Source: Elusimicrobiota bacterium (lineage in GTDB: Bacteria; RUG730; JBDRED01). From it: a stretch of DNA of 64,000 nt. Position numbers and translations under genes: made by a program. The stretch lies in assembly GCA_043820025.1 (NCBI GenBank), contig JBDRED010000021.1:14902-78901 (forward strand). Reading direction: 5' to 3'. Of the stretch, positions 37,755 through 46,833 are shown piece after piece (the stretch's first letter is position 1; each line of letters begins with the position of its first letter). Under the pieces are notes generated by a model. That model saw only the letters and a list, made by a program, of their open reading frames with translations. It did no database searches and was not told where the DNA came from.

Positions 37755-40598
37755 TTAGCTCTCAACTGCAAGCCCGTGAGCTCTAAGCGCATCCAGTATT
37801 TGATTAATTTTTCTACCTAATTCATTAAGCGCTGCATTCGTATTATCCACACGAGCTCCTGATAAACTTTGCTCGCCAACACTATAGCCGGTATTTGCAT
37901 CCGTTATCACAGGATGCGTGCTTCCAATTACTTGATATCCATTTATCCCAATATTACCGGCCACATCCAGTAAAAGAGTTGGAGTACTATCGCCAATGCC
38001 TACATTACCTGCCGAACTAATATAAAGAGCATTCGTCTTGCCGGAACTTGATAATCTCAAATCGCTTGCGCCCTGGAGCTCATCCAAGTTAAATATACTG
38101 CCTTCTGTTCCGTAAAATTTCATATCGCCGTTAACTTCTAATTTTTTGGTTGGATTAGTAATTCCTATACCCACATTACCTGTACCTGCCACATTGAGAG
38201 ATGTTTGACTGCCATACATACCAAGGCTTAAATAATTTGAAGCTGACCCTGCGCCTACATGGGTATAGCTTAGTTGAGCAGTATTGTTTGTTGAGTCAGC
38301 GTTACCCAAATTTATTCTTAACGCATGGCCTGCGCTCATAACCGGATCATATATTTTAGATATAACCGTTGTTACTGAATAATCTTTTTCTAAATCCAAC
38401 AAAGCGCCGGGCGCTGTTGTCCCTATTCCTACATTGCCTGTTCCCTTAATTGTAAACAATTCATTCCCTGCAGGCGCGTCTAAAAACGAAAATCTTCCGC
38501 TATTATTTCCAACATGAAGCCTAAATTGATTGGATTGTATTCCCATGCCATAAAATATACTCCCCCCGTCATATAATGCTAATTTGGTATTTCCAAAACT
38601 GTTATTTAAAGATACTAACGCCAGCGGATTTGTTGTGCCTATACCTATGTTTCCTCCCACCCTCTTTATTACAAATGTATCGTTTTGCCAGCCGCTGTCA
38701 TTTCTTGTTATATAAAAATCACCTGATAAATTTTTTCCAAACGCTACCTTATCAACGCCTGCTTCTTGAAAGGTGAATGTAGTATATCCTGCCGCTCCTG
38801 TATCATTAAAAACAATATCCGGTTCATCATTACTTAATGATAAAGGAGCAGTAGGATTCGTTGTGCCAATACCTACATAACCGGAGCCTGTTATTAAAAC
38901 ATTATTTGCCGCATTATTAATATATAACGGCGACTTTGTATTTATAGTCGAAATATATATATCAGAAAAATCTCCTATAGGCGCGTATACTGTCGTGCTT
39001 GACGCAATATCTCCTAACACATACAATTTCTCTGAAGGATCGTTTGTTCCCACTCCAATATTCCCGCCTGCTTTAATTACAAGTTTTGGGGTACCTTGAT
39101 ACCAATCTGAAAAATATAAATCAGCTGAAGAACCTGTAACTGTTGATGATGATGGTTGTATATATAATGCTCCGCCAGCTCCAACCATTCTTAATAATGA
39201 TGTTCCACTTCCAATAATAGTATCTCCTGCCACTTGTAATTTTCCAATCGGAGCAACTGTGCCTATGCCCACATTGCCGTCTGATTTTATCGTCATTTTT
39301 GTTGAGCCGTTTGTCCCGAAATATATACTATCAGTCCCTGTTGCATTTAGATGTACATAATTATCTAAAATAGTACTATTTGTGTTTAGGATTATATGTT
39401 TATCCGGGGTAGTTAATTGAAGCGCTGATAGGCCGGTTACCGAATAACTTGAATATCCTATTGTAGCTCTGTCTTGAAAAGCAAGATAAGCTGATTCTCC
39501 ATCAACACTTCCTGTTCTTATTCTTATATAGCCGCCATTACTCACTATAGCATCTAATTTCGCCAATGGATTTGTTGTGCCTATACCCACATTACCGCCG
39601 TCTTTAATAAATATTCCATTATTCCCATCATCATACAATTTTAATCCGTCTGCTCCTCTTGCATAAACGCCTGATGATTTCATTATACCTACTACTTCAA
39701 ATTTTTGCGCCGGAGCTATTGTTCCTATTCCTACATTCGCTATCGAGCCTGAAACTCTATCAATAAATAATGTGCCATCTGTTGCGGGATCTGTTGTAGT
39801 GCCGGATATTCCAAGACTCAATCCATAAACCCCCATTCCAATAAAACCTGATTCTGATCCGGTTCTGGTAAACACTATTTTTGGAATATCGCTTGCTCCA
39901 TTTGATGTTACTATTGATAAGGATTGCGTATCGGTTGCTGCTGAATGACCTATTTGCAATTTTGAACCCGGATTATTTGTGCCTATTCCGACAAATCCGC
40001 CATCTTCAATAAATATTCCGTTATTCCCATCATCTACTAAATATAATCCGGATGCGTCTACAGCTGAAACAGTGCTTGTTCTTATTTCATTTGCCTTTAT
40101 TTCTCCTACCACTTCAATCTCTTCTGCAGGCTGGGTTGTGCCTATTCCCATTCGCCCTGTCCCCACAAAATGGGCAATGCTTTTTCCATATAAACCTATT
40201 GTGTAATAATTGCTTGTAGAATTATCACCTACATATGAAAATGTATTTTCTACTGCATTATAGTTTGTTTCTTCTTTTCCAAATTGGAATCTTACAGCAT
40301 CGGTAACACTCATAACTGAATCAAACATTTTCAAGAGCTTACCACCGTCTATAACATTTTTATATATATACAAAGGCGATGAAGGGATTGACGTCCCCAC
40401 ACCTAGGTATCCTGCAAAATATGCGTCACCATTTGAGCTTATTGTTGATACAACAACCTCGCTCGAATCCTGTATACTTATACCGCTTGATCCGTCATTT
40501 GTTTCCAGCTTGATTGTTACGTCTGCAGCTGCATATAGGCATGTTAGAAGAGTCCCGCTGATAAATATATATACAAAAGTATTTCTTAAAATTTGCAT
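37755..40598 (-). CDS. Large secreted repeat protein with tail-fibre-like G(N/Y)VGIGTTNP...KL.V repeats
   Basis: Signal peptide (MQILRNTFVYIFISGTLLTCLYAAA); more than 10 copies of GNVGIGTTNP / GFVGIGTNNP / GYVGIGTTNP-type motifs across 947 aa. Confidence 0.7.
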   Translation of the reverse strand: MQILRNTFVYIFISGTLLTCLYAAADVTIKLETNDGSSGISIQDSSEVVVSTISSNGDAYFAGYLGVGTSIPSSPLYIYKNVIDGGKLLKMFDSVMSVTDAVRFQFGKEETNYNAVENTFSYVGDNSTSNYYTIGLYGKSIAHFVGTGRMGIGTTQPAEEIEVVGEIKANEIRTSTVSAVDASGLYLVDDGNNGIFIEDGGFVGIGTNNPGSKLQIGHSAATDTQSLSIVTSNGASDIPKIVFTRTGSESGFIGMGVYGLSLGISGTTTDPATDGTLFIDRVSGSIANVGIGTIAPAQKFEVVGIMKSSGVYARGADGLKLYDDGNNGIFIKDGGNVGIGTTNPLAKLDAIVSNGGYIRIRTGSVDGESAYLAFQDRATIGYSSYSVTGLSALQLTTPDKHIILNTNSTILDNYVHLNATGTDSIYFGTNGSTKMTIKSDGNVGIGTVAPIGKLQVAGDTIIGSGTSLLRMVGAGGALYIQPSSSTVTGSSADLYFSDWYQGTPKLVIKAGGNIGVGTNDPSEKLYVLGDIASSTTVYAPIGDFSDIYISTINTKSPLYINNAANNVLITGSGYVGIGTTNPTAPLSLSNDEPDIVFNDTGAAGYTTFTFQEAGVDKVAFGKNLSGDFYITRNDSGWQNDTFVIKRVGGNIGIGTTNPLALVSLNNSFGNTKLALYDGGSIFYGMGIQSNQFRLHVGNNSGRFSFLDAPAGNELFTIKGTGNVGIGTTAPGALLDLEKDYSVTTVISKIYDPVMSAGHALRINLGNADSTNNTAQLSYTHVGAGSASNYLSLGMYGSQTSLNVAGTGNVGIGITNPTKKLEVNGDMKFYGTEGSIFNLDELQGASDLRLSSSGKTNALYISSAGNVGIGDSTPTLLLDVAGNIGINGYQVIGSTHPVITDANTGYSVGEQSLSGARVDNTNAALNELGRKINQILDALRAHGLAVES

Positions 40599-40650
40599 AT
40601 ATCACTCCTCCTATGTTCTATTATAATTAAATCATTAATCTGTAAATAAA

Positions 40651-40692
40651 CAAGCGAAGTTTTTGTAAAAAATGTGAATTTTTTGCGAAAGC
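40651..40692 (-). promoter_or_regulatory. Conserved ~40-bp upstream element (copy 2)
   Basis: See 3970..4012; 53 nt upstream of the repeat-protein start. Confidence 0.45.
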
Positions 40693-40735
40693 TGAAATTA
40701 GGGAAGAGAAAAGAAACTATGATAATAATAAATAA

Positions 40736-40771
40736 AAATACCCCGCAGTATGATTTTATTGCGGGGTATTT
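40736..40771 (-). terminator. Rho-independent terminator candidate downstream of gltB-like gene
   Basis: aaataccccgc ... gcggggtattt 11-bp stem, 14-nt loop; minus strand followed by TTTTTATTTATT. Confidence 0.6.
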
Positions 40772-40790
40772 TATTTTTCTATTACTATGC

Positions 40791-42437
40791 CTACGCCTTT
40801 ACAGTAACCTTTTCTCCATCGAGAATAGCCTCTGCTTCTTCTCTATAAGCATTCATCACATATGGAATACCTGAAACAACGCTCGCTTCTTCTGTTAAAG
40901 CCATAAGGTCAGCTCTTGATATTGAAGAAATATTAAAGTTTCTGCTTCCGGCCATAAGCTGCTGCAATCCTACTCTGATTTTTTCTGAGAAACTATAAAT
41001 ACCAATAGCTCCTAACGGTATCTTCTTTATCTCATCACTGCCGTATTTATCACGCAGCTCCTCGTAAGAGACAAATATCTCTTCCGGAGTTGTTCCAAAT
41101 TCAGACACAGTTTTTGGAAGATCATTTGATTTTATCCATGCTTCAATATTTTTGCCTACCATACCCGGAATCATAAGAGCCCTGCCCATACAAACAGCTT
41201 TTGTGTATGGAGCGCCCATTGCTAAAACCTTAAATATATGATCTTCGCTCGAGAATCCGCCTGCTATTGCAATATCGGGAATTCTCATTCCTTTCTTTGC
41301 TAATTTATCGCAAAATTCCTGAGTTAACGACTGAAGATAAAATGTAGGTATACCCCACTCTTCCATCATCCGCCATGGGCTCATACCTGTTCCGCCCGGC
41401 GCTCCGTCAATTGTCAAAAGATCAATCTTTGCTAATGAGCTGTATCTTATTGCCATAGCCAATTCTTTCATTGAATACGCGCCTGTTTTTAATGTAATTC
41501 TCTCATATCCTAAATCTCTCAGCCTTTTAACCTCTGCCAAGAATGATTCTTCTGTTACAAAACCAAGCCTTGAATGCCTTTCAAATTCCTTTATTGCTCC
41601 TGTTTTATATGCTTCTTGGTTTGCGTGTACAGACGGGTCAGGAGTAACAATATAGCCTCTCTTTTGAAGTTCAATCGCCCTGTCTAAACTCTTAACCTTT
41701 ATTTCTCCGCCAATACATTTCGCTCCCTGTCCCCACTTAAGCTCAATTGTCTTTAAATCATGTTTCTTTCTTAAATATTCAGCAACGCCTAATCTTGTAT
41801 CTTCAACATTCATCTGTACCAATATTTCGCCATAACCGTCATGGAGTCTTTTATATGTTTCAATTCTTCTGTCCATTTCAGGGGCTTTAACTACCTTTTT
41901 ATTAGCATCAAGAACTAACTCCGGATCTATGCCGCAAACATTTTCTCCACAAACAAGAGTTACACCTGAGATAGCCGCGCCTACAGCAAAATGCTCCCAG
42001 TTTTTCCTGGCGATTTCAGTTGAACCAAGCGCGCCTGTAAAAATAGGCACCTTCATCTTTACCTTTTTGCTCCAGCCGTATGAAGTTGTTGTATCAACAT
42101 CCGGGAATTTACATGTATCCGGATTTCCCACAACTCCGGCCGGCAGGCCTTTTGCTCCCTGGGCATAACCCTGGATATTTAGATGCGAATAATCCAGCGG
42201 ATAATTTTTATCTCCGCCTGCGGTAACATCGCCGAATGGGCCCGGATAAATAACTTCTCTGCCTCTAAATGTTGCTTTAAAAACCTCGCAATTGCCTTTG
42301 CATCCATCAATACATCTTGAACAAAGCCCTGAACCGGGAACAACACTTTTTGAACGGTTAAACGTCCTGGTTGCGTCATTAGCATTAGGTGTCTGTAAAT
42401 TCATGTAAAACTCCCCCTTAATATGAATATATGCCAA
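40791..42437 (-). CDS. Glutamate synthase large-subunit FMN/Fe-S domain family protein (archaeal-type GltB-like)
   Basis: N-terminal Cys cluster CSRCIDGCKGNCEVF; central GltS-FMN-like domain with GAPGGTGMSPW. Confidence 0.75.
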   Translation of the reverse strand: MAYIHIKGEFYMNLQTPNANDATRTFNRSKSVVPGSGLCSRCIDGCKGNCEVFKATFRGREVIYPGPFGDVTAGGDKNYPLDYSHLNIQGYAQGAKGLPAGVVGNPDTCKFPDVDTTTSYGWSKKVKMKVPIFTGALGSTEIARKNWEHFAVGAAISGVTLVCGENVCGIDPELVLDANKKVVKAPEMDRRIETYKRLHDGYGEILVQMNVEDTRLGVAEYLRKKHDLKTIELKWGQGAKCIGGEIKVKSLDRAIELQKRGYIVTPDPSVHANQEAYKTGAIKEFERHSRLGFVTEESFLAEVKRLRDLGYERITLKTGAYSMKELAMAIRYSSLAKIDLLTIDGAPGGTGMSPWRMMEEWGIPTFYLQSLTQEFCDKLAKKGMRIPDIAIAGGFSSEDHIFKVLAMGAPYTKAVCMGRALMIPGMVGKNIEAWIKSNDLPKTVSEFGTTPEEIFVSYEELRDKYGSDEIKKIPLGAIGIYSFSEKIRVGLQQLMAGSRNFNISSISRADLMALTEEASVVSGIPYVMNAYREEAEAILDGEKVTVKA

Positions 42438-42468
42438 AATAACGACAATAAATTCTTCTTTGAATTCA

Positions 42469-42486
42469 ATATGACATCTTTGTCAT
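42469..42486. promoter_or_regulatory. Perfect palindrome TATGACA-tctt-TGTCATA upstream of gltB-like gene
   Basis: Read in sequence ~35-50 nt upstream of start; second IR ttttgcatat-N14-atatgcaaaa at 42559..42592. Confidence 0.4.
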
Positions 42487-42652
42487 AAGAAAAGCCGTTA
42501 ATAGGTTAGATTTTTCAGATTATACATATTTTATAACGTTTGGGAAGTTTTTTTTACGATTTTGCATATTTCAAACTATATTAATATGCAAAACACGTTT
42601 ATTTCAACCCTTTTGAAGAGTTTTAAGATAATTTATAAATCTTTTTATTTTT

Positions 42653-44065
42653 TTATGAAATGTATTTTAGGATTGATTCTGCCGCTGTTTTACCCATACC
42701 CATTGCTTCTATTACAGTTCCTTCTCCTCCAACAATATCACCGCCTGCATATACGCCGGAAATAGAAGTCTCCATAGTTTCCCTATTAACAATAAGGTCT
42801 CCCTTTGCGTCAATCTTTAAATCCTGCGTTTCTCTGGTTAAAATTTTATTTGCTTTTAGGCCAATAGCAATGATTGCAACATCGCAGTCCAGATCAAATT
42901 CACTGTTCTTAATAGGCACAGGCCTTGGCCTGCCTGATTTATCTAAATCTCCAAGCGCGCATTTTAATGAACGCATCTTTTTTACATAATTATTTTCATC
43001 GCCGATAAAAGATATGGGCTGTACTAACACCTTAAAAATAATTCCTTCTTCCTTTGCATGGCTAAGCTCAAGCCTTCTGGCAGGCATTTCTTCTTCTGTG
43101 CGCCGGTAAACTATCGTAACATTTGGTTTTAAACCATTTAATTTTTGAAGCCTTAAAGCAACTCTCGCTGAGTCCATGGCAGTATTGCCGCCGCCGATAA
43201 CCAGCATGCTTTTTCCAATGTTGATTGGCGTATGGTATTCGGGAAATTTATACGCTGACATTAGATTCACCCTTGTTAAGAATTCATTAGCAGAATAAAC
43301 ATTACATAGATTTTCACCCGGTATTTTCATAAACGCCGGAGTGCCTGCGCCAAGCCCTAAAAACACAGCGCTAAATCCTTTTTTAAAAAGTTCTCTTAAT
43401 CCGCCGGTTCTTCCAATAATATAGTTTTGCACTATCTCAACGCCTAATTTTTTTAAATAATTTATTTCAAAATCCAAAATTTCCCCGGGAAGCCTAAAAG
43501 GAGGAATACCATAACGAAGAACACCGCCCGGAGTATGCAGACTTTCAAAAATAACAACCTTAACGCCTTTTCGCGCCAGTTCGCCTGCAACGCACAATCC
43601 TGCAGGGCCGCTGCCAACCACCGCAACCTTTTTGCCATTTGTCTTAGATAGTTTAATATCTATATCCGACTCGTGTTCTTTGCCATAATCGCCGGCAAAC
43701 CGCTCGAGAAAATGAATATTAATCGCGTTATCTGACGCGAATCTCTCGCCTTTCTTAGTCAAAACACACGCTTTTCTGCACTGAAACTCAGCCGGGCAAA
43801 CCCTGCCGCAGACAGATGGAAAATTGTTTTTTTCTTTTATAGTTTTATAGGCGTCTAGAAATTTGCGGTTTTTTATCTCTTCAATAAATTGTTTAATATT
43901 AATCCCTACAGGACAGCCTTCAATACATACGGGATTTTTACACTGAAGGCATCTTCCGGCCTCCATAACAGCCTGTTCTTCATTATAACCAAGAATCACC
44001 TCGTCAAAAGTATCCATCCTTTTTTCAAGAGGCATTTCATTGATTGAAACCTGTTTTGTTTTCAT
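42653..44065 (-). CDS. GltD-like NAD(P)H oxidoreductase beta subunit (NfnB/SudA-like)
   Basis: CLQCKNPVCIEGCPVGINI Fe-S motif; VAVVGSGPAGLCVAGELARKG FAD dinucleotide fold; 470 aa. Confidence 0.8.
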   Translation of the reverse strand: MKTKQVSINEMPLEKRMDTFDEVILGYNEEQAVMEAGRCLQCKNPVCIEGCPVGINIKQFIEEIKNRKFLDAYKTIKEKNNFPSVCGRVCPAEFQCRKACVLTKKGERFASDNAINIHFLERFAGDYGKEHESDIDIKLSKTNGKKVAVVGSGPAGLCVAGELARKGVKVVIFESLHTPGGVLRYGIPPFRLPGEILDFEINYLKKLGVEIVQNYIIGRTGGLRELFKKGFSAVFLGLGAGTPAFMKIPGENLCNVYSANEFLTRVNLMSAYKFPEYHTPINIGKSMLVIGGGNTAMDSARVALRLQKLNGLKPNVTIVYRRTEEEMPARRLELSHAKEEGIIFKVLVQPISFIGDENNYVKKMRSLKCALGDLDKSGRPRPVPIKNSEFDLDCDVAIIAIGLKANKILTRETQDLKIDAKGDLIVNRETMETSISGVYAGGDIVGGEGTVIEAMGMGKTAAESILKYIS

Positions 44066-44943
44066 TTTTTATAAAGTTTGCAAATATGTTCTTCTTTAGG
44101 CTTATAAACGCCGGTTCTGCTCATTAGTTCCTTCCAATCCACTAAATGAGCGTCAAACTCAGGCCCGTCGACACATGCAAACCTTACCTCCCCTCCAATA
44201 GTTACTCTGCAGCAGCCGCACATTCCTGTGCCATCCAAGATTAATGAATTTAAACAAGCAACGGTTTTTATTCCTTTTTCCTTTGTTATTTCCGCAGCCT
44301 TTTGCATCATTAAAATCGGGCCGACTGTATACACTAAGTCATATCTATTACTATTTATTTTTTCTTTCATAATATTGGTAGTAAATCCTTTTTCTCCATA
44401 GGATCCATCGTCAGTAACAATATAAATTTCATCAGATACATTCCGTAATTCATCTTCTAATATAATTAATGACTTTGTTTTAGAACCAATAACAATACAA
44501 ACATGATTTCCTTCTTCTTTCATCTTAGAGGCAATAGGCAGAATTTCAGCAATACCCACTCCGCCTGCCACAAGCATTACTCTGCCGTAGTTTTTAATCT
44601 TTGACGCATGTCCAAGAGGCCCGACAAGCGCGAACAGCCTGCCGCCTTCATCTAATCTGCCCAAAAGCTTTGTGGAATAGCCTATCTCTTGAAAAATAAT
44701 TGTGACTAATTCACTCTCAGCTTTAACAACTGTAAATGGCAGCCTCTCTCCTTTCTCATTTACCATAAGCACAATAAACTGGCCCGGCTTAACAGTATCC
44801 GCTATTTCAGGCGAAAATATCCGCATTTTGACAATACGAACATCTCCTAAAGACGCAATAATATTTTTATTAACTATTGTATTTTTTTCCACGATATTTC
44901 CTTTTATTATTAATATATTATTTACCTGTGAAATTATACACAC
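44062..44943 (-). CDS. PyrK-like FAD/NAD(P)-binding [2Fe-2S] subunit (NfnA/SudB-like)
   Basis: KPGQFIVLMV..., C-terminal CLNSLILDGTGMCGCCRVTIGGEVRFAC cluster motif; overlaps the beta-subunit gene by 4 nt. Likely real start GTG ~44892 after AAAGGA. Confidence 0.75.
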   Translation of the reverse strand: MCIISQVNNILIIKGNIVEKNTIVNKNIIASLGDVRIVKMRIFSPEIADTVKPGQFIVLMVNEKGERLPFTVVKAESELVTIIFQEIGYSTKLLGRLDEGGRLFALVGPLGHASKIKNYGRVMLVAGGVGIAEILPIASKMKEEGNHVCIVIGSKTKSLIILEDELRNVSDEIYIVTDDGSYGEKGFTTNIMKEKINSNRYDLVYTVGPILMMQKAAEITKEKGIKTVACLNSLILDGTGMCGCCRVTIGGEVRFACVDGPEFDAHLVDWKELMSRTGVYKPKEEHICKLYKK

Positions 44944-44960
44944 ACAATATGAAATGTCAA
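44926..44960 (-). promoter_or_regulatory. Consensus sigma70-type promoter (TTGACA-N16-TATAAT on minus strand) with overlapping Rex-like half-sites TGTGAAattaTACACA
   Basis: Minus strand reads attgacatttcatattgtgtgtgtataatttcacagg; + strand cTGTGAAATTATACACAc resembles TTGTGAA-N4-TTCACAA. Confidence 0.5.
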
Positions 44961-45050
44961 TAATTATACATTTCGCTCAATCATTATAATACTGATGCTG
45001 GTCAATTTTTACAATAACAAAAATAATAATTTAATAATTTTTAATAGTTC

Positions 45051-45078
45051 TTGACATCGAAATCATAATGGTTAAAAT
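45051..45078 (+). promoter_or_regulatory. Candidate promoter TTGACA-N16-TAAAAT for the hydrogenase operon
   Basis: ttgacatcgaaatcataatggttaaaat ~65 nt upstream of the NuoE-like gene. Confidence 0.45.
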
Positions 45079-45140
45079 ATCAATAATATCTTACCATCTT
45101 TGTTAATTCCGATTTTATCAAAATAAATGAGGAGTCCATT

Positions 45141-45617
45141 ATGTCCAATTTTAATCCGAAACTAAGCAAACATGAAAAAAACGGCAAATCAATGTTTGTC
45201 TGTGATCAAACCAGGACACAGCTTTTGCCAAGACTTCAAGAAATTCAAATCAAACAAGGATACATTTCAGACAGGGATATGCAGGAACTTGCTGATGAGC
45301 TCGGACTTCATCCTGTGGAAGTTTACTCTATTGTAACCTTTTACTCATTTCTTTCAATAAAACCTAAAAGCCGCCACATTATTCGCGTCAGTAACTGCAT
45401 CTCCTGCAAGATGGCCGGAAGTGAAATCATTTTAAAGGAATTTGAAAATGAATTAGGCATTAAGACCGGCAAAACATCGCAAGATAATATCACACTTGAA
45501 TTGACAAGCTGTATTGGAATGTGCGACCAAGCGCCTGCTCTTATAGCCGATGATGTTGTGTATAGCAGTGTAACTCGAGAAACCGTAAAAAAAATAGTGC
45601 AAAATTTAAGAAAATAA
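45141..45617 (+). CDS. NuoE/HndA-like [2Fe-2S] thioredoxin-fold subunit of bifurcating-type hydrogenase
   Basis: CISCKMAGSE...LELTSCIGMCDQAPALIADDVVY Cys pattern of NuoE family. Confidence 0.8.
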   Translation: MSNFNPKLSKHEKNGKSMFVCDQTRTQLLPRLQEIQIKQGYISDRDMQELADELGLHPVEVYSIVTFYSFLSIKPKSRHIIRVSNCISCKMAGSEIILKEFENELGIKTGKTSQDNITLELTSCIGMCDQAPALIADDVVYSSVTRETVKKIVQNLRK

Positions 45618-45627
45618 GGAGAACTAA

Positions 45628-46833
45628 ATGGCAAAAAGAAATGGCCCTGTAATATTTAGTGAGATCAAATCAAATTCAGCACTAGAAAAAGCAATCCTGC
45701 TTGGCAGTGAAAAAATAATAAGCCTAATAAAAGATTCTAATCTCCGCGGCAGAGGCGGGGCCGGCTTCCCCACAGGCCTTAAATGGCAGTTTGTGGCAGA
45801 TTCGCAATCCTTAGAAAAATATGTTGTATGCAACGCGGACGAAGGCGAACCCGGAACATTTAAAGACAGAGTGTTATTATCCGAATACCCCGGGCTAATA
45901 TTCGACGGCATGGTAATCGCAGGACTTGCTATAGGAGCAAATAAAGGATTTCTTTATTTGCGCGGCGAATATAGGTATATGCTTGCTGATTTGGAAAAAG
46001 AACTTACAGAAATGAGAAAAGGCGGAGCGCTTGGCAAAGACATTTTAGGCGCTAAAGAATTTAATTTTGATATAGAGATTAAACTTGGATCAGGCGCGTA
46101 TGTATGCGGAGAAGAAACAGCGCTCATTGAATCAATGGAGGGCTATAGAGGCGAACCTAGAAACAGGCCTCCATTTCCTGTAGATACCGGATACACTTGC
46201 TTTCCAACTATTGTAAATAATGTTGAGACATTCGCAACTATTCCCCATATTATTGCAAAAGGCGCAGATTGGTTTAAATCCTTTGGCACAGAAAAATCAT
46301 CCGGTTCAAAACTTTTAAGCATTTCAGGAGACTGCTCTAATCCCGGAGTATACGAGGTTGTATTTGGCACAACTGTACAAGAAGCGCTCGACATTGCCGG
46401 AGCAAACGATACAAAGGCTGTTCAAATCGGAGGAGCATCCGGTATATGTATTGGAAAAAAGGATTTTAATAGAAAAATAGCCTATGAAGATATTCCGACA
46501 GGCGGTTCATTTATAATATTTAATAAATCAAGAAACTTAATAGACGCTATTGAAAACTTTTTAGATTTTTTCAAGGAAGAATCCTGCGGCCAATGCACGC
46601 CATGCCGCGAAGGCATACCTGTTCTAATTGAGGCAGTATCATTATTAAGAAAAGGCGATTGTTCAGCGGATTATTTAAATGACATTCAGTCATTATGCGA
46701 AACAATGCAGTTAGCGTCAAAATGCGGACTGGGACAATCAGCGCCTAACGCATTTTTATCTGTTATAAAGAATTTTCAAGACGAATATGTTCTATCAAAA
46801 AAATCTAAAAAGGAGATATCATTCAATGGATAA
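45628..46833 (+). CDS. NuoF-like NADH/FMN-binding subunit of [FeFe] hydrogenase complex
   Basis: GRGGAGFPTGLKW, SGAYVCGEETALIESMEG, ESCGQCTPCREG. Confidence 0.85.
   Translation: MAKRNGPVIFSEIKSNSALEKAILLGSEKIISLIKDSNLRGRGGAGFPTGLKWQFVADSQSLEKYVVCNADEGEPGTFKDRVLLSEYPGLIFDGMVIAGLAIGANKGFLYLRGEYRYMLADLEKELTEMRKGGALGKDILGAKEFNFDIEIKLGSGAYVCGEETALIESMEGYRGEPRNRPPFPVDTGYTCFPTIVNNVETFATIPHIIAKGADWFKSFGTEKSSGSKLLSISGDCSNPGVYEVVFGTTVQEALDIAGANDTKAVQIGGASGICIGKKDFNRKIAYEDIPTGGSFIIFNKSRNLIDAIENFLDFFKEESCGQCTPCREGIPVLIEAVSLLRKGDCSADYLNDIQSLCETMQLASKCGLGQSAPNAFLSVIKNFQDEYVLSKKSKKEISFNG

Noticed and set aside
44062-46833. Interpreting gltD-like + PyrK-like + gltB-like genes as a complete glutamate synthase
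   Set aside because: No glutamine amidotransferase domain is present in the window. The pair equally fits NfnAB/SudAB, so the call is left at family level.
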